From assembly GCA_027624625.1 (NCBI GenBank), contig JAQBWH010000001.1, positions 1,535-65,534 on the forward strand: 64,000 nucleotides of DNA, read 5' to 3'. This document shows, piece after piece, positions 1-10,959 of this stretch. The first letter of the stretch is position 1; each line of letters starts with the position of its first letter. Made by a program: the position numbers and the translations under genes. The notes under the pieces are model-generated. The model ran no database searches. It saw only the letters and a program-made list of their open reading frames with translations, and was not told the origin of the DNA. The DNA comes from Verrucomicrobiota bacterium (GTDB lineage: Bacteria; Verrucomicrobiota; Verrucomicrobiia; Chthoniobacterales; JACTMZ01).

Positions 1-432
1 TCCACCTGGGTCAAACTCTGGCTTTGCGGACGCAAGTTACGCCTCTCTCCGGTCGACGAGGAGGTGGTCGAGATGCCCGACGACTTGCCCTCGGCCACCC
101 GCGCCGCGGTCACCGGCCATGCCGGGGCGGAATGGAAGGTCGCATGGTCCGTGCCCTGTATCAGCGGCTCCGGCCCGGGTTACCCGCCCAACCGGTTCGG
201 TTGGCTTGTCTCGGCGGACGGTCCGGCCCAGATGCTTTACTTTGTTCCCCGCCACTCGAACCGGCCCCGCGCGTTGCATCCCGGTTCCCCTGTTGCCCGG
301 CTCGAGCAGAAATTTTTGGCCGATGTTCTCGTTCTCGAGTGGCCCGGGGGCGAACAGGCGCGCTTTCTATTCGACCGCGGGTCGCGTTCGCTGGCCCGGC
401 TGGTTTTCTCCAAATTCACCGGACCCCGATGA
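1..432 (+). CDS. hypothetical protein, C-terminal fragment (gene starts upstream of the window)
   Basis: The frame is open from the window edge (STWVKLWLCGRK...AEWKVAWSVPCISGSGPGYPPNRFGWLVSADGPAQMLYFVPRH...). Its composition is protein-like, unlike the Arg/Pro-rich shadow frames. The TGA at 430-432 overlaps the ATG at 429 of the next gene (ATGA). No family recognised. Confidence 0.45.
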   Translation, partial: STWVKLWLCGRKLRLSPVDEEVVEMPDDLPSATRAAVTGHAGAEWKVAWSVPCISGSGPGYPPNRFGWLVSADGPAQMLYFVPRHSNRPRALHPGSPVARLEQKFLADVLVLEWPGGEQARFLFDRGSRSLARLVFSKFTGPR

Positions 433-1559
433 TGACCTCACCCCGCAGTGTCGAAGAACTGGCCCAAGCCTTGGTCCGCATTCCCAGCGTCAATCCCGAC
501 GGCGACCCCGGAACCGACCGCACGGGCGAGCAGGCCTGCGCGGAATACCTCGCTGGTTTTCTCCGCGAACTCGGCGCCGAGACGGCTCTTCACGAGGTGC
601 ATCCGGGGCGGCCGAATATCGTGGCGCGTTTTCCCTCCGCTGCGGGCAAGCCGCGCCTGCTTTTCGCCCCGCACACCGACACGGTGAGCGTGGCGGGCAT
701 GAGCATTGCTCCCTTTGGCGGGGAAATCCGCGAAGGAAAACTTTACGGCCGCGGGGCGAGCGATACCAAAGGTCCGATGGCCTCGATGCTTTGGGCGCTG
801 CGCGAGTGCCGCGAAATCCTCCCGAAGCTGACCCACGAAATTTGGTTTGCCGGGTTGATGGGCGAGGAGGCCGGGCAGGATGGCGCCAAGGCTCTGGCCG
901 AGCGCGAGCGGTTTGCTTTTGTTATTGTCGGTGAACCGACCGATCTCGAGGTCGTCTTCAAGCACAAGGTCGACGTGACCGCCCGGATCACCGCCACCGG
1001 CCGAGCCGCGCACAGCTCGTGTCCGGAGCGGGGCGAGAACGCCATCACCAAGCTGGCGGCCGGCCTGCTTGCTTTGGCCAAAGCTCTGACTTCCTATTTT
1101 GAAACGGTTGCCGACCCCGTGCTCGGGCATCCCACCTTCAGCATCGGGACGATCCGTGGAGGCACGAAGTCTAACATCGTGCCCGACCACGCCGAGGCGG
1201 TCATCGATCTGCGTTTGCTGCCCTCCCAGTGGAAAAACGGGGAGGCGCGCCATCTTTTCGAGATCATGCGCCAAGCCTGCCCGGGGCTTCAGGTGGAGCA
1301 AATCTCGGGCTCCGAAGCGCTGGACACCGATCCGGCGCACCCCCTGGTGGCCAAGCTGGTCGAAATCGGCGGTCGTCCGGCCGGTGCGGCGTGGTTCTGC
1401 GACGCCGCCATTTTCTCGGTCCAAGGTATCCCCGCGGTGGCGGTTGGTCCCGGCTCGATCGCCCAAGCCCACACCGAGAACGAATTCATCGAGGTGGCGG
1501 CCCTCGAAAAGGGCGTCGCCTACTTCAAAAAGTTTCTCCACAAACTTCGCCTAAGTTAG
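429..1559 (+). CDS. M20 family metallopeptidase (ArgE/DapE-like deacetylase/desuccinylase)
   Basis: 376 aa from ATG 429 (MMTSPRSVEELAQALVRIPSVNPDG...). M20-type motifs are present: FAPHTDTV, GRGASDTKG, GEEAGQDG, GEPTDLE. The 24-428 extension in the ORF track is Arg/Gly-rich junk. Confidence 0.85.
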   Translation: MMTSPRSVEELAQALVRIPSVNPDGDPGTDRTGEQACAEYLAGFLRELGAETALHEVHPGRPNIVARFPSAAGKPRLLFAPHTDTVSVAGMSIAPFGGEIREGKLYGRGASDTKGPMASMLWALRECREILPKLTHEIWFAGLMGEEAGQDGAKALAERERFAFVIVGEPTDLEVVFKHKVDVTARITATGRAAHSSCPERGENAITKLAAGLLALAKALTSYFETVADPVLGHPTFSIGTIRGGTKSNIVPDHAEAVIDLRLLPSQWKNGEARHLFEIMRQACPGLQVEQISGSEALDTDPAHPLVAKLVEIGGRPAGAAWFCDAAIFSVQGIPAVAVGPGSIAQAHTENEFIEVAALEKGVAYFKKFLHKLRLS

Positions 1560-1607
1560 GCTTCACAAGTTTTCCCTCAACGCTCATCCCTCAAGCCGCA
1601 ACTTTCC

Positions 1608-3116
1608 ATGCCGACCGCCATCACCCCGACCCGCGCCGACAATTTTCCCGAGTGGTATCAGCAGGTGATCAAAGCTGCCGACTTGGCCGAAAATTCCGAC
1701 GTCCGCGGCTGCATGATCATCAAGCCGTGGGGCTGGGGGATCTGGGAAAATATGCAACGCCAACTCGACGCGATGTTCAAGGCGACGGGTCACGTCAACG
1801 CCTACTTTCCCCTCTTCATCCCGCTCAGCTTCCTCGAGAAAGAGGCCAAGCACGTGGAAGGATTTGCCAAGGAGTGCGCGGTGGTCACCCATCACCGGTT
1901 GGAGGAAAAAGACGGCAAGCTCGTTCCGGCCGGCGAATTGACCGAACCACTCATCGTTCGTCCGACCTCCGAGACGATCATCGGTGCGGCTTATGCCCGC
2001 TGGGTGCAAAGTTATCGCGACCTCCCCTTGCTGATCAATCAATGGGCCAATGTGGTTCGCTGGGAAATGCGTCCGCGCCTTTTTCTGCGCACCGCGGAAT
2101 TTCTTTGGCAGGAGGGACACACGGCGCACGAGACAAATGAGGAAGCGGTGGTTGAGACGGAGACAATGCTCGGGGTTTACGAAAAATTCGCCCGCGAGCA
2201 TCTGGCTATTCCGGTCTTTACCGGCGAGAAGTCGGAGAGCGAACGCTTTCCCGGCGCGGTCAGCACGCTTTGCATCGAGGCCATGGTCCAAGACCGCAAG
2301 GCGATCCAGGCCGGCACGTCGCATTTTCTCGGGCAAAATTTCTCCCGGGCCTCCGGGATCGAGTTCGCGGCGCGCGACGGGAGCCGTCAGTTTGCCTGGA
2401 CCACAAGCTGGGGGGTGAGCACGCGGCTCATCGGCACGCTCATCATGGCGCACTCCGATGACGACGGCCTCGTCTTGCCGCCCCGCATGGCGCCTTCGCA
2501 AATTGTCATTTTGCCCATTTTGTCCAAGGAAGAGTCCCGCGGTGCCGTGTTGGAGGCCGCGGAAAAACTGGCCGCGCAACTCCGGGCGCAAAACGCGTTC
2601 GGCGAACCGGTCCGCGTCGAGATCGACCGTCGCGACGCCGGCGGTGGGGTGAAAAACTGGGAGTGGATCAAAAAGGGTGTGCCCCTGCGGGTCGAGATCG
2701 GGCCGCGCGATTTGGAAAAAGGCAGTGTGGCGGTCAGTCGCCGTGACCGCGGACCGAAAGAAAAGGAATTTCCAGCGATGGCTGAATTCGCGGCGGAAGT
2801 CGGGGCCACGCTGGAGGCGATGCAGGCGGCGTTGCTCCAGCGCGCGACGGTGTTCCGTGACGAGCACACCCGGATCATTGATTCGGCGGAGGAATTCCGC
2901 GCCTTTTTCACGCCGGCCAAGGCCGAACAGCCGGAAATCCATGGCGGTTTTGCGCTGACCCACTGGGACGGGACGCGCGAGACGGAGGAAAAAATCAAAG
3001 ATGAACTCAAGGTGACGATCCGCTGCATCCCTCGCGACGGGGCAGCGGAGCCGGGAGTGTGTCCTTTCAGCGGGAAACCGAGTGCGCGCCGCGTGGTCTT
3101 CGCCAAGGCGTATTGA
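1608..3116 (+). CDS. proS: proline--tRNA ligase (class II, archaeal/eukaryote-like short form)
   Basis: 502 aa. The N-terminus FPEWYQQVIKAADLAENSDVRGCMIIKPWGWGIWE, plus RPTSETII and FLWQEGHTAH, are typical of ProRS. Confidence 0.94.
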   Translation: MPTAITPTRADNFPEWYQQVIKAADLAENSDVRGCMIIKPWGWGIWENMQRQLDAMFKATGHVNAYFPLFIPLSFLEKEAKHVEGFAKECAVVTHHRLEEKDGKLVPAGELTEPLIVRPTSETIIGAAYARWVQSYRDLPLLINQWANVVRWEMRPRLFLRTAEFLWQEGHTAHETNEEAVVETETMLGVYEKFAREHLAIPVFTGEKSESERFPGAVSTLCIEAMVQDRKAIQAGTSHFLGQNFSRASGIEFAARDGSRQFAWTTSWGVSTRLIGTLIMAHSDDDGLVLPPRMAPSQIVILPILSKEESRGAVLEAAEKLAAQLRAQNAFGEPVRVEIDRRDAGGGVKNWEWIKKGVPLRVEIGPRDLEKGSVAVSRRDRGPKEKEFPAMAEFAAEVGATLEAMQAALLQRATVFRDEHTRIIDSAEEFRAFFTPAKAEQPEIHGGFALTHWDGTRETEEKIKDELKVTIRCIPRDGAAEPGVCPFSGKPSARRVVFAKAY

Positions 3117-3147
3117 GCGAGTTTGCCTGGCAAAGGTCGAACATCTT

Positions 3148-4065
3148 ATGGCGCGGAAATTCATTGGTCGGGCCAGCCGTTCCTACCGCTGGCTGATCAG
3201 GTTGATCGTCCTAACCGCATTTTTTGCGGTGACGCCTTTCGACGTCTCTGCCCAATTCCCGTTCAGCGCGCTGCGCTTTCTCAAGCCCGACGGCCGGATC
3301 AGTCCGGCCCTTGTCACCGAGTGTTCCGGGTTGGTTCACAGCCTGCGATACAGCGGGGTGTTTTGGGCCCACGGGGATGGCGGCAGCGGTGCCTTCATCG
3401 TCCCGGTCACGGCTAACGGCAAGTTGGCCCGCGGTTGGACCGGTGCGGTGCGGATCGAGGGCTGCAAGAACAACGATTGGGAGGACATCGCCTTGGATGG
3501 TCGAGGCAATCTCATCATTGCCGACTTGGGCAATAACAGAGGACGCCGCAAACAGCTCATGTTTCATTTTCTCAACGAACCCAAGCCGGGCGCCGTCTCG
3601 GTCCGGCCGACCCGGACCTTGCGCGCCCACTATGCAGACCAGAAGGGCGATTCCCCGGATTACGATTGCGAGGCGGTTTTCTCCGCTGGAGGCCGGATCT
3701 ACAACCTGACCAAACACCGCAGCGATACCCGCACGCGCCTTTACCGGCTCGAGGGTGAATCCACCACGCGCTCCAATCCGCTGCGGTTGGTCGGCTCGTT
3801 TGACATCGGCGGAATGGTCACGTCGGCGGATGCCTCGCCCGACGGCAAGCTGGTCGCGGTTCTTACCTACACCGCCCTATGGGTTTTCTCCTACGACCGC
3901 GCCTCGGGCAGTATTTTTACCCAAAGCGAGAGCATCCGCCGGACCCCGATTTTCGCTTGGCAGGCCGAGGCGGTGGCCTGGGAGGGCAATGATGCGCTGG
4001 TTATGGCCAACGAGAGCGGTCAGCTTTTCCGCATCGCTTTATCCTCGCTCCAAGAGGTCCGCTGA
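3148..4065 (+). CDS. hypothetical secreted protein (beta-propeller-like)
   Basis: Start at ATG 3148 (MARKFIGRASRSYRWLIRLIVLTAFFAVTPFDVSA), which reads as a signal peptide. No confident family. Confidence 0.6.
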   Translation: MARKFIGRASRSYRWLIRLIVLTAFFAVTPFDVSAQFPFSALRFLKPDGRISPALVTECSGLVHSLRYSGVFWAHGDGGSGAFIVPVTANGKLARGWTGAVRIEGCKNNDWEDIALDGRGNLIIADLGNNRGRRKQLMFHFLNEPKPGAVSVRPTRTLRAHYADQKGDSPDYDCEAVFSAGGRIYNLTKHRSDTRTRLYRLEGESTTRSNPLRLVGSFDIGGMVTSADASPDGKLVAVLTYTALWVFSYDRASGSIFTQSESIRRTPIFAWQAEAVAWEGNDALVMANESGQLFRIALSSLQEVR

Positions 4066-4122
4066 CCCGCGGCCCTTGCTTCCCGCGTTGCCCCGAGAGT
4101 CGCCATCGGGCATAACATCCTG

Positions 4123-5235
4123 ATGACAGACCCGCGTTACGAACGGCTGGCCGAAGTTTTGACCAAGCATTCCACCGCCCTCCAGCCCGGAGACAAGGTG
4201 CTCATCGATGTCTCCGACATTCCCGATGCCATGGTCATTGCCCTGATCCGCGCGGTGCGCAAAGCCAAGGCCCTCCCCTTCACCCAACTCCAGCACAGCC
4301 GCGTCTCACGCGAAATGGCCATCGGGGCAACGGGCCCGCAGATCGGTCTTGCGGCCGAGGTTGAAATGGCGCGGATGAAAAAGATGGACGTTTATATCGC
4401 GATTCGCGGCAGCGACAACGCGACGGAAATGAGCGACGTGCCGGCGGACAAACTCAAGATGATCGCCGCGACGATGCGTCCGGTCATGAATCACCGGATC
4501 AACAAGACCCGCTGGGTCGTGTTGCGTTGGCCGTCGCCCTCCATGGCGCAGCAGGCCCAGATGAGCACGGAGGCTTTCGAGGACTACTACTTCCGGGTCT
4601 GCACGCTGGACTACGGAAAATTGCGCAAAGGCATGGAAGTGCTCAAGGCGCTGATGGACGCAACCGACAAGGTGCAGATCAAGGGGCCCGACACCGACCT
4701 GCAGTTCAGCATCAAGGATATCGGTTCGGTCATTTGCGGCGGCGACCGCAATATTCCCGACGGGGAAGTTTTCACCGCGCCGGTCAAGCGCAGCGTCGAA
4801 GGCAAGGTCCGCTTCAATGTTCCGACCATCTATCACGGCACCGCCTTCGAGGATATCGCCCTCGAATTCAAACAGGGCCGGATCACCAATGGCATGGCCG
4901 GCCGCAACACGTCCAAACTGAATGCCATTCTTGATGCCGATGCCGGCGCCCGTTTCATCGGTGAGTTTTCGCTCGGGTTCAATCCGCACATCCTTCATCC
5001 CATCCGCGACATTCTCTTCGACGAGAAGATCGCCGGGTCCTTCCACTTCACTCCGGGCCAAGCTTACGAGGTCGGCGGCAACGGCAACCGCAGCCAGGTT
5101 CATTGGGACATGGTCTGCATCCAGCGCGTCGACTACGGCGGCGGGGAAGTGTGGTTTGACCGCAAACTGATCCGCAAAGACGGCATCTTTGTCCCGCCGG
5201 AGCTGAAATCACTCAATCCGGAGCGCGCCAAGTAG
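4123..5235 (+). CDS. aminopeptidase, peptidase family M29 (AmpS/PepS-like)
   Basis: 370 aa. The N-terminal [22 protein letters not shown] and the [10 protein letters not shown] and HWDMV motifs are typical of M29 thermophilic-type aminopeptidases. Confidence 0.82.
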   Translation: MTDPRYERLAEVLTKHSTALQPGDKVLIDVSDIPDAMVIALIRAVRKAKALPFTQLQHSRVSREMAIGATGPQIGLAAEVEMARMKKMDVYIAIRGSDNATEMSDVPADKLKMIAATMRPVMNHRINKTRWVVLRWPSPSMAQQAQMSTEAFEDYYFRVCTLDYGKLRKGMEVLKALMDATDKVQIKGPDTDLQFSIKDIGSVICGGDRNIPDGEVFTAPVKRSVEGKVRFNVPTIYHGTAFEDIALEFKQGRITNGMAGRNTSKLNAILDADAGARFIGEFSLGFNPHILHPIRDILFDEKIAGSFHFTPGQAYEVGGNGNRSQVHWDMVCIQRVDYGGGEVWFDRKLIRKDGIFVPPELKSLNPERAK

Positions 5236-5301
5236 GTTCAACGGCAGTTTACCCGGCCGGTCTCTGGGTTCCGAAGGGATTGGAAATGAACCATTGCGCG
5301 G

Positions 5302-6948
5302 TCAGTGCTGGCGGAGAATCCTGGCCAGCTCCGCGATGCCTTCGGGATTTTCGTGGGCGCCGTGGCCGGAGGGGACGATTTTTTCGGAGCGCGCCTCGTT
5401 AAGGTGGGAACTCCAGTAAGGCACGACGCCGTCGGAACTGTTCGGCGCATCGCCCTGGCCGCGGTCGCCGATGATGGAATGGTAGGGCACGGTGGGTTTC
5501 ATCGGAAGATTGAGGATGGCGGCCAGGAGTGGTGACCTGGCCCGGAGGAAGACGATGCTGTTGGCGGGGGCGACAAACAGTTCGCGCAGTTCTTGGCGCA
5601 GGGCCTGGCGGATGGTGATCATATCGCGCTGGGCAATGGTGAAGGGAAGGCGCACGAGGCGGGCGAAAAATTCGGCGAAGGGATTCACCGCCAAATCGCT
5701 CCCGCGGTGCGGAGTGGCGAAGAAAACCACCCGGCCCACATCGTTGCGCGGGCCGAAGTTGATGATCCTGAGCAAGCGCTCCCTGGTCTGTGGAGTGAGG
5801 TCGAGCTTTTCCGGCGGCGTATTCATGAACTGCTGCCAGAGATGCTTCCCACCGGTGCGGATTTGCAGCCCGGAGACTAGTCCGCCCATGCTGTGTCCGA
5901 CCATCACCATACGGTCGAGGTTCGGGTTGGCCCGGCGCGGATCGAGTGTGGTCCGGAAGCGGTCCATCTCCTCGCGCAACTTCGCGGCCGTGGCCCACAC
6001 GGGCAGACCGGTCGGATAAAGGAAAAACCAGAACTGATAGCGCTCGCGGATCTTTTCGTCGGCCATCAACTCGTTGACCGCCGGCACCCAGGTTTCCGGA
6101 CGCGACATGAGACCGTGGACGAAGACCACGGGGATTTTTCCGGGATCGTAGGGGGAAAATTGGAAGAGACCGGCCTGGTCCATGGTCAAGTCGGTGCGGA
6201 TGAGAGAGCGGACATCCATGCTACGGTTGCGGCCCTTGGAGAGCATGTAGGCGAGCGGGGCGGTGAAATCAGCCGCGAGTTTGGTGCGGCGTCCGTTCAT
6301 AACCACATCGTCGTCCTTGCTCGTGCGGTAGAAAACGAGCTGCGGTTGCCCGCGGTCAGAACGCAAGACGGCGGTGACAGCTTCGGTGATTCCGGCCTGC
6401 GGAGTGATCCCCGGTTGTCCGCTCAGGTGCGGCGAGGACGGCACATAGCGCACCACGTAGGGCGCGCCCGCGCCATCTTGGGTGGTGCGAACACGAAGCC
6501 TTTCGATACGCAAAGCGGAGGCCGGAACGAGTTCGTCCGCGCCGCGCGGGTCCATGGTGCGGTCCGACGTGCCGGCCACGCTCAGGGTCTTGCCGTTCCG
6601 TAAGGCAAGCGGCGCGAACTGGCGTGCCTGCAGCGCGGAAATCAGGGTCTCGGTCGCCGTTTGATTGATCTGGTGCTGCGCGCTGCCGGGCCGTGCGGTG
6701 TTGGTCAGGCGTATGGCCTCGACGAGGTCTGAAATTTTCTCCGTCTCGCCCACACCGCGCCCAACCGCCTGTTTGAGGAGTACGGCGGCGCGGTCGTCTT
6801 CGTTGCGCGCCGCCAAATTCCGCGCCTCGCCTTGCCGGGCCGATAAATTTTGCACTTGCAAGCCGACGATGGTGCAACCCGTGGAGAAGAAGACCATGGC
6901 GAGGGCAGCCAAGGCGTGGAGGGTGGCGAGAGGAGGACGGGCAAACAT
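5302..6948 (-). CDS. alpha/beta-hydrolase lipoprotein (PGAP1/lipase-like)
   Basis: 548 aa. Lipoprotein-like N-terminus (ALAMVFFSTGC). Hydrolase core VVFVHGLMSRPETW with nucleophile elbow GHSMGG. Confidence 0.75.
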   Translation of the reverse strand: MFARPPLATLHALAALAMVFFSTGCTIVGLQVQNLSARQGEARNLAARNEDDRAAVLLKQAVGRGVGETEKISDLVEAIRLTNTARPGSAQHQINQTATETLISALQARQFAPLALRNGKTLSVAGTSDRTMDPRGADELVPASALRIERLRVRTTQDGAGAPYVVRYVPSSPHLSGQPGITPQAGITEAVTAVLRSDRGQPQLVFYRTSKDDDVVMNGRRTKLAADFTAPLAYMLSKGRNRSMDVRSLIRTDLTMDQAGLFQFSPYDPGKIPVVFVHGLMSRPETWVPAVNELMADEKIRERYQFWFFLYPTGLPVWATAAKLREEMDRFRTTLDPRRANPNLDRMVMVGHSMGGLVSGLQIRTGGKHLWQQFMNTPPEKLDLTPQTRERLLRIINFGPRNDVGRVVFFATPHRGSDLAVNPFAEFFARLVRLPFTIAQRDMITIRQALRQELRELFVAPANSIVFLRARSPLLAAILNLPMKPTVPYHSIIGDRGQGDAPNSSDGVVPYWSSHLNEARSEKIVPSGHGAHENPEGIAELARILRQH

Positions 6949-6992
6949 GGCAAAGTGAAACTATTGGGATAGGCGTTGATGGAAAGCCTGCC

Positions 6993-8333
6993 CTATGCTT
7001 CCGGTGCTTGGGTGAAGAGCGTGCGCCAGTGTGCCAGGCGTTCGCCGATGCGCTTTTCTTCGCCGCGGTCGGAGGGCTCGTAGAAGACGCGGCCCTCGGG
7101 CAGGTAGGCCTGCGGGACGTAGGCGTCGGGGAAGTCGTGGGAGTATTGGTAGGATGGGCCAGGATCGGTCTCACCGGCGGTTTTGGGGTGCTTGTCGCGC
7201 AGATGCTCGGGGACGGCGAGGGTGCGGCCTTTTTGCAGGTCGGATTGCGCGGCGAGAAGTCCGGCGTAGGCTGTGTTGCTCTTCGGCGCGGTGGCCAGAT
7301 AAACGGTGGCGTGGGCCAACGGGATCTGCGCCTCGGGCAAGCCGAGGAATTCGCAGGCCTGCTGGGCGGCGACGGCGAGGAGCAGCCCTCGGGAGTCGGC
7401 CAGACCGATGTCCTCGCTGGCGGCAATGACGAGGCGCCGGGCGATGAAGCGGATGTCTTCCCCGGCATGGAGCATTTTGGCCAACCAATAGAGGGCGGCG
7501 TTGGGATCGCTCCCGCGGATGCTCTTGATGAAGGCGCTGATCGTATCGTAGTGCGCATCATCCTTGGCATCGTAGACCACGGCTTTGCGTTGGATGCTTT
7601 CCTCGATGACGGCGCGGGTCAGGCGGATGGCGCCATCCGCCGAAGGTTCGGTGGTCAGCGCGGCCAACTCGAGGGCGTTGAGGCAGCGGCGGGCGTCGCC
7701 GTCGCAGATCTCGGCCAGATGCGCGGCGGCCTCTTCATCAAGGCTGATCTTCCGGGCGCCCAGACCGCGTTCCGCATCGGTCAAAGCACGGTCCAGGAGC
7801 GCGCGCAGATTTGCCGACGAGAGCGGACGAAGCTCGAAGACGAGCGAGCGGGAGACAAGCGGGCTGTTGACGTAGAAAAATGGATTCATCGTCGTCGCCC
7901 CGATCAGTCGCACCGTGCCGCGCTCCACGTCGGGGAGGAGGACATCCTGTTGGGCTTTGTTGAAGCGGTGGATTTCGTCGATGAAGAGCACGGTGCGGGT
8001 GCCGTCGCGGGCCAGGCGCAGGGCGGCGGCGGCCATGACCTTGCGCATTTCGGCCACCGTGCTCTCCACCCCGCTGAGGCGCTCGAAGCGGGCCTCGGTG
8101 GTGCGGGCGATGATCTCGGCCAGGCTGGTCTTGCCCGTGCCGGGCGGACCGTAGAGGACGACGGACGAAAACCGATCGGCCTCGATGGCGCGGCGGAGGA
8201 GTTTGCCGGGCCCGAGGATGTGTTCCTGCCCGGCGTATTCGTCCAGGGACCTCGGCCGCATCCGCTCGGCCAGCGGGGCGTGGGTCGCCGCGGTTGAGGT
8301 CGCCTCGGCGGCGAAAAGGTCGTCGGAGGCCAT
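6993..8333 (-). CDS. rarA: replication-associated recombination protein A (AAA+ ATPase RarA/MgsA)
   Basis: 446 aa. Walker A LYGPPGTGKTSLA, Walker B LFIDEIHRFNK, and a conserved C-terminal MgsA region (HYDTISAFIKSIRGSDPNAALYWLAKML). Confidence 0.92.
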   Translation of the reverse strand: MASDDLFAAEATSTAATHAPLAERMRPRSLDEYAGQEHILGPGKLLRRAIEADRFSSVVLYGPPGTGKTSLAEIIARTTEARFERLSGVESTVAEMRKVMAAAALRLARDGTRTVLFIDEIHRFNKAQQDVLLPDVERGTVRLIGATTMNPFFYVNSPLVSRSLVFELRPLSSANLRALLDRALTDAERGLGARKISLDEEAAAHLAEICDGDARRCLNALELAALTTEPSADGAIRLTRAVIEESIQRKAVVYDAKDDAHYDTISAFIKSIRGSDPNAALYWLAKMLHAGEDIRFIARRLVIAASEDIGLADSRGLLLAVAAQQACEFLGLPEAQIPLAHATVYLATAPKSNTAYAGLLAAQSDLQKGRTLAVPEHLRDKHPKTAGETDPGPSYQYSHDFPDAYVPQAYLPEGRVFYEPSDRGEEKRIGERLAHWRTLFTQAPEA

Positions 8334-8388
8334 AATCAGACTAATTTAGCTTGGACCCGCGGCGGGGCGAGGCGGATATTGCCTGACT

Positions 8389-9651
8389 ATGGCGGACTTG
8401 GGGCAACAGATTGAGCAACTCGGTCAACAGGCGCGTGCGGCGGCGCGGGTCTTGGCCTTGTCTTCGAAGGATCAAAAAAATGCGGCGCTCATGGCCATGG
8501 CCGATGCCTTGGAGGCTTCCGGGGAGGATATCCTCGCCGCCAACGGCCGGGATCTCGCGGCGGCACCGGGCTATGGTCTCAATGCCGCGGCGGTGGATCG
8601 TCTCAAGCTGGATGCCGCGCGCGTCCGGGCCATGGCGGAAGGCGTGCGCCAGGTGGCGTCCCTGCCCGATCCGTGCGGGGAAATCATCCGCGAATGGACG
8701 CGTCCGAACGGGATAACCATCACCAAGATCCGGGTGCCGATCGGGGTGGTCGGGATTATTTACGAGTCGCGTCCGAACGTGACGGCCGACGCGGCGGTGC
8801 TTTGTTTGAAGTCCGGCAATGCGTGCATCCTGCGCGGCGGCAAGGAGGCGATCCATTCGAATACGGCGATCGCGCGGGCCCTTTCCGCGGGGGCGGCCAA
8901 GGCGGGTTTGCCGGCGGAGGTGATTCAATTGGTGCCTTTCACCGACCGCGAGGGGGTGCGGTTGTTGGCCCAGATGGACCGCTACCTTGACGTCATCGTC
9001 CCGCGGGGCGGGCACGCCTTGATCGAGGCGGTGGTCGAACATGCCCGCATGCCGGTGATCAAGCACTACCACGGGGTGTGCCATGTCTACGTGGACAAGG
9101 ATGCCGACCTGGCCATGGCCGAGCGCATTGCGGTCAATGCCAAGTGCCAGCGTCCGGGGGTGTGCAATGCCTTGGAGACCTTGCTTGTGCACCGTGAGGT
9201 GGCGGAAAAATTCTTACCGGCGGCGGCTGCGGCGCTGCGCGAAAAGGGCGTCGAGTTGCGGGGGGATCACCGGACGTGTGAAGTGCTCGGTGCGGGGACC
9301 AAAGCGGCGACCGAAGAGGATTGGACGACGGAATACCTCGATCTGATCCTGAGCATCCGCGTGGTGGATTCACTCGAGGCGGCGATCGACCACATCGAGT
9401 ATTACGGTTCGCATCATAGCGATTCCATCGTGACGACCGATGAGGCGGCGGCGCAGAAATTTCTGGCCGCGGTCGATTCGGCGACGGTCTTTTGGAATGT
9501 GTCCACGCGTTTCAGCGACGGCGGGGAATTCGGCTTTGGCGCGGAAATTGGGATCAGCACGGACAAATTGCACGCGCGTGGGCCGATGGGGTTGGAGGAA
9601 TTGACGACCTACAAGTATCTCGTGACCGGCGACGGGCAGGTGCGGGGTTGA
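8389..9651 (+). CDS. proA: glutamate-5-semialdehyde dehydrogenase (gamma-glutamyl phosphate reductase)
   Basis: 420 aa. Aldehyde-dehydrogenase fold with typical ProA blocks: [39 protein letters not shown]. Confidence 0.95.
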   Translation: MADLGQQIEQLGQQARAAARVLALSSKDQKNAALMAMADALEASGEDILAANGRDLAAAPGYGLNAAAVDRLKLDAARVRAMAEGVRQVASLPDPCGEIIREWTRPNGITITKIRVPIGVVGIIYESRPNVTADAAVLCLKSGNACILRGGKEAIHSNTAIARALSAGAAKAGLPAEVIQLVPFTDREGVRLLAQMDRYLDVIVPRGGHALIEAVVEHARMPVIKHYHGVCHVYVDKDADLAMAERIAVNAKCQRPGVCNALETLLVHREVAEKFLPAAAAALREKGVELRGDHRTCEVLGAGTKAATEEDWTTEYLDLILSIRVVDSLEAAIDHIEYYGSHHSDSIVTTDEAAAQKFLAAVDSATVFWNVSTRFSDGGEFGFGAEIGISTDKLHARGPMGLEELTTYKYLVTGDGQVRG

Positions 9652-9654
9652 GCG

Positions 9655-9930
9655 ATGGGGAAAACGGTGCAGGTTTTTTACGAGGGCCGCGTTCAGGGCG
9701 TGGGCTTTCGTTACACCACGCGGCGAGTCGCGGCGGGGTATGATGTGGCCGGGTATGTGCGGAATCTGCCGGACGGGCGGGTTGAATTGGTCGCTTCGGG
9801 AGATGACGAGGAGGTGGATGGATTCTTGCAGGGGGTCCGGGAGAGTGAGTTGGCGGGGCATGTGGCCGCGGAAGAAGTAGGCCCGATCGGAAAGCCGGCG
9901 GGATTACGTGGCTTTGAAATTCGCTTTTAG
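9655..9930 (+). CDS. acyP: acylphosphatase
   Basis: 91 aa. VQGVGFRYTT...GYVRNLPDGRVELV is the acylphosphatase signature. Confidence 0.85.
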   Translation: MGKTVQVFYEGRVQGVGFRYTTRRVAAGYDVAGYVRNLPDGRVELVASGDDEEVDGFLQGVRESELAGHVAAEEVGPIGKPAGLRGFEIRF

Positions 9931-10018
9931 GGAACCGCGGCCGACAGCCAAGCGGAAGGAAATCCCGGTCCTTCAGCTGAAAATCGAGGTTGGGAAAGCG
10001 GGCGTGATTGGGTTATGG

Positions 10019-10903
10019 ATGACAGGGATGAGTGCCGCACCGGTTGAAATCGAACACCTGACCAAGGTTTTCAAGGTTCCCATGCGCCGGGAGCGTGTCG
10101 TGGCGGTGCGGGATCTTTCGATCAAGGTCGAACCCGGAGAGGTTTACGGATTGCTTGGACCGAACGGCTCGGGGAAGAGCACGACGCTGAAGATTTTGCT
10201 CGGGCTGGTTTCGCCGACGCGGGGGAAGACCAAAGTTTTCGGCGAGGACAGTGCTTGGGTGCGCAGCCGGAAGGACGTGGGGTTTGTCCCGGAAAACCCC
10301 TATTTTTACAAATTCCTCAGCGGGGCGGAGACTGTGCGGTTTTTCGGGAAGTTGAGCGGGATGGGCGGTGCGGTTTTGGAAGCGCGGGTCAAGGAGTTGC
10401 TCGAATTGGTCGGCCTGACCGAAGCCGCGGATCGTCGGGTCGGTGCCTATTCAAAGGGGATGCTGCAACGCATCGGCCTGGCTCAAGCCCTGGTCCAAGA
10501 TCCGGGTTTGCTGGTGCTCGATGAGCCGACGGCCGGAGTCGATCCGGTCGGGTCGCGCGAAATCCGCGATTTGATTTTGGAACTCAAGGCCCGCGGCAAG
10601 ACCATCTTGCTTTGTTCGCATCTTCTCTCCCAAGTGCAGGAGATTTGCGACCGGGTGGGGATTCTGGCCCGCGGTCAGTTGGTGCGCGAAGGGCGGGTGG
10701 AAGATCTCCTCGCAGTGCGCGACCGCACGGAAGTCGTCCTGGAGCAGGTTTCGCCGGAAAAGTTGTCCGCGCTGCAAGAAGCCGCGGAAAAGCTCGGGCT
10801 GAAGATTGTCTCAAGCGGACGGCCGCAGACCACACTGGAGAATTTGTTTCTCGAGGCGATTGAGCCGGGGCAGTCGGCGGATGCGGGATCGGGGAAAAAT
10901 TAA
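10019..10903 (+). CDS. ABC transporter ATP-binding protein (ABC-2 type), no adjacent permease
   Basis: Start chosen at ATG 10019 (MTGMSAAPVEIEHL). Walker A GPNGSGKST, signature YSKGMLQR, Walker B LLVLDEPTAGVD. Confidence 0.85.
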   Translation: MTGMSAAPVEIEHLTKVFKVPMRRERVVAVRDLSIKVEPGEVYGLLGPNGSGKSTTLKILLGLVSPTRGKTKVFGEDSAWVRSRKDVGFVPENPYFYKFLSGAETVRFFGKLSGMGGAVLEARVKELLELVGLTEAADRRVGAYSKGMLQRIGLAQALVQDPGLLVLDEPTAGVDPVGSREIRDLILELKARGKTILLCSHLLSQVQEICDRVGILARGQLVREGRVEDLLAVRDRTEVVLEQVSPEKLSALQEAAEKLGLKIVSSGRPQTTLENLFLEAIEPGQSADAGSGKN

Positions 10904-10959
10904 GGAGAGGGCGGAGGCTGGTGTTTGGGACTGGAGGAGAGGCAAGGCGCGACCAGTGA

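Noticed and set aside
438-1541. Long ORFs antisense to, or frame-shifted against, well-conserved genes. Examples: 438-1541(-), 1584-3164(-), 7008-8297(+), 28586-30031(-), 39549-41321(-), 44686-46560(+), 45275-46612(-), 51606-52853(+), 58944-60389(-).
   Set aside because: Their translations are Arg/Gly/Pro/Ala-rich with no motifs. They mirror genes with unambiguous family signatures on the other strand or frame. This is the expected stop-codon-poor shadow-ORF artefact of a high-GC genome.
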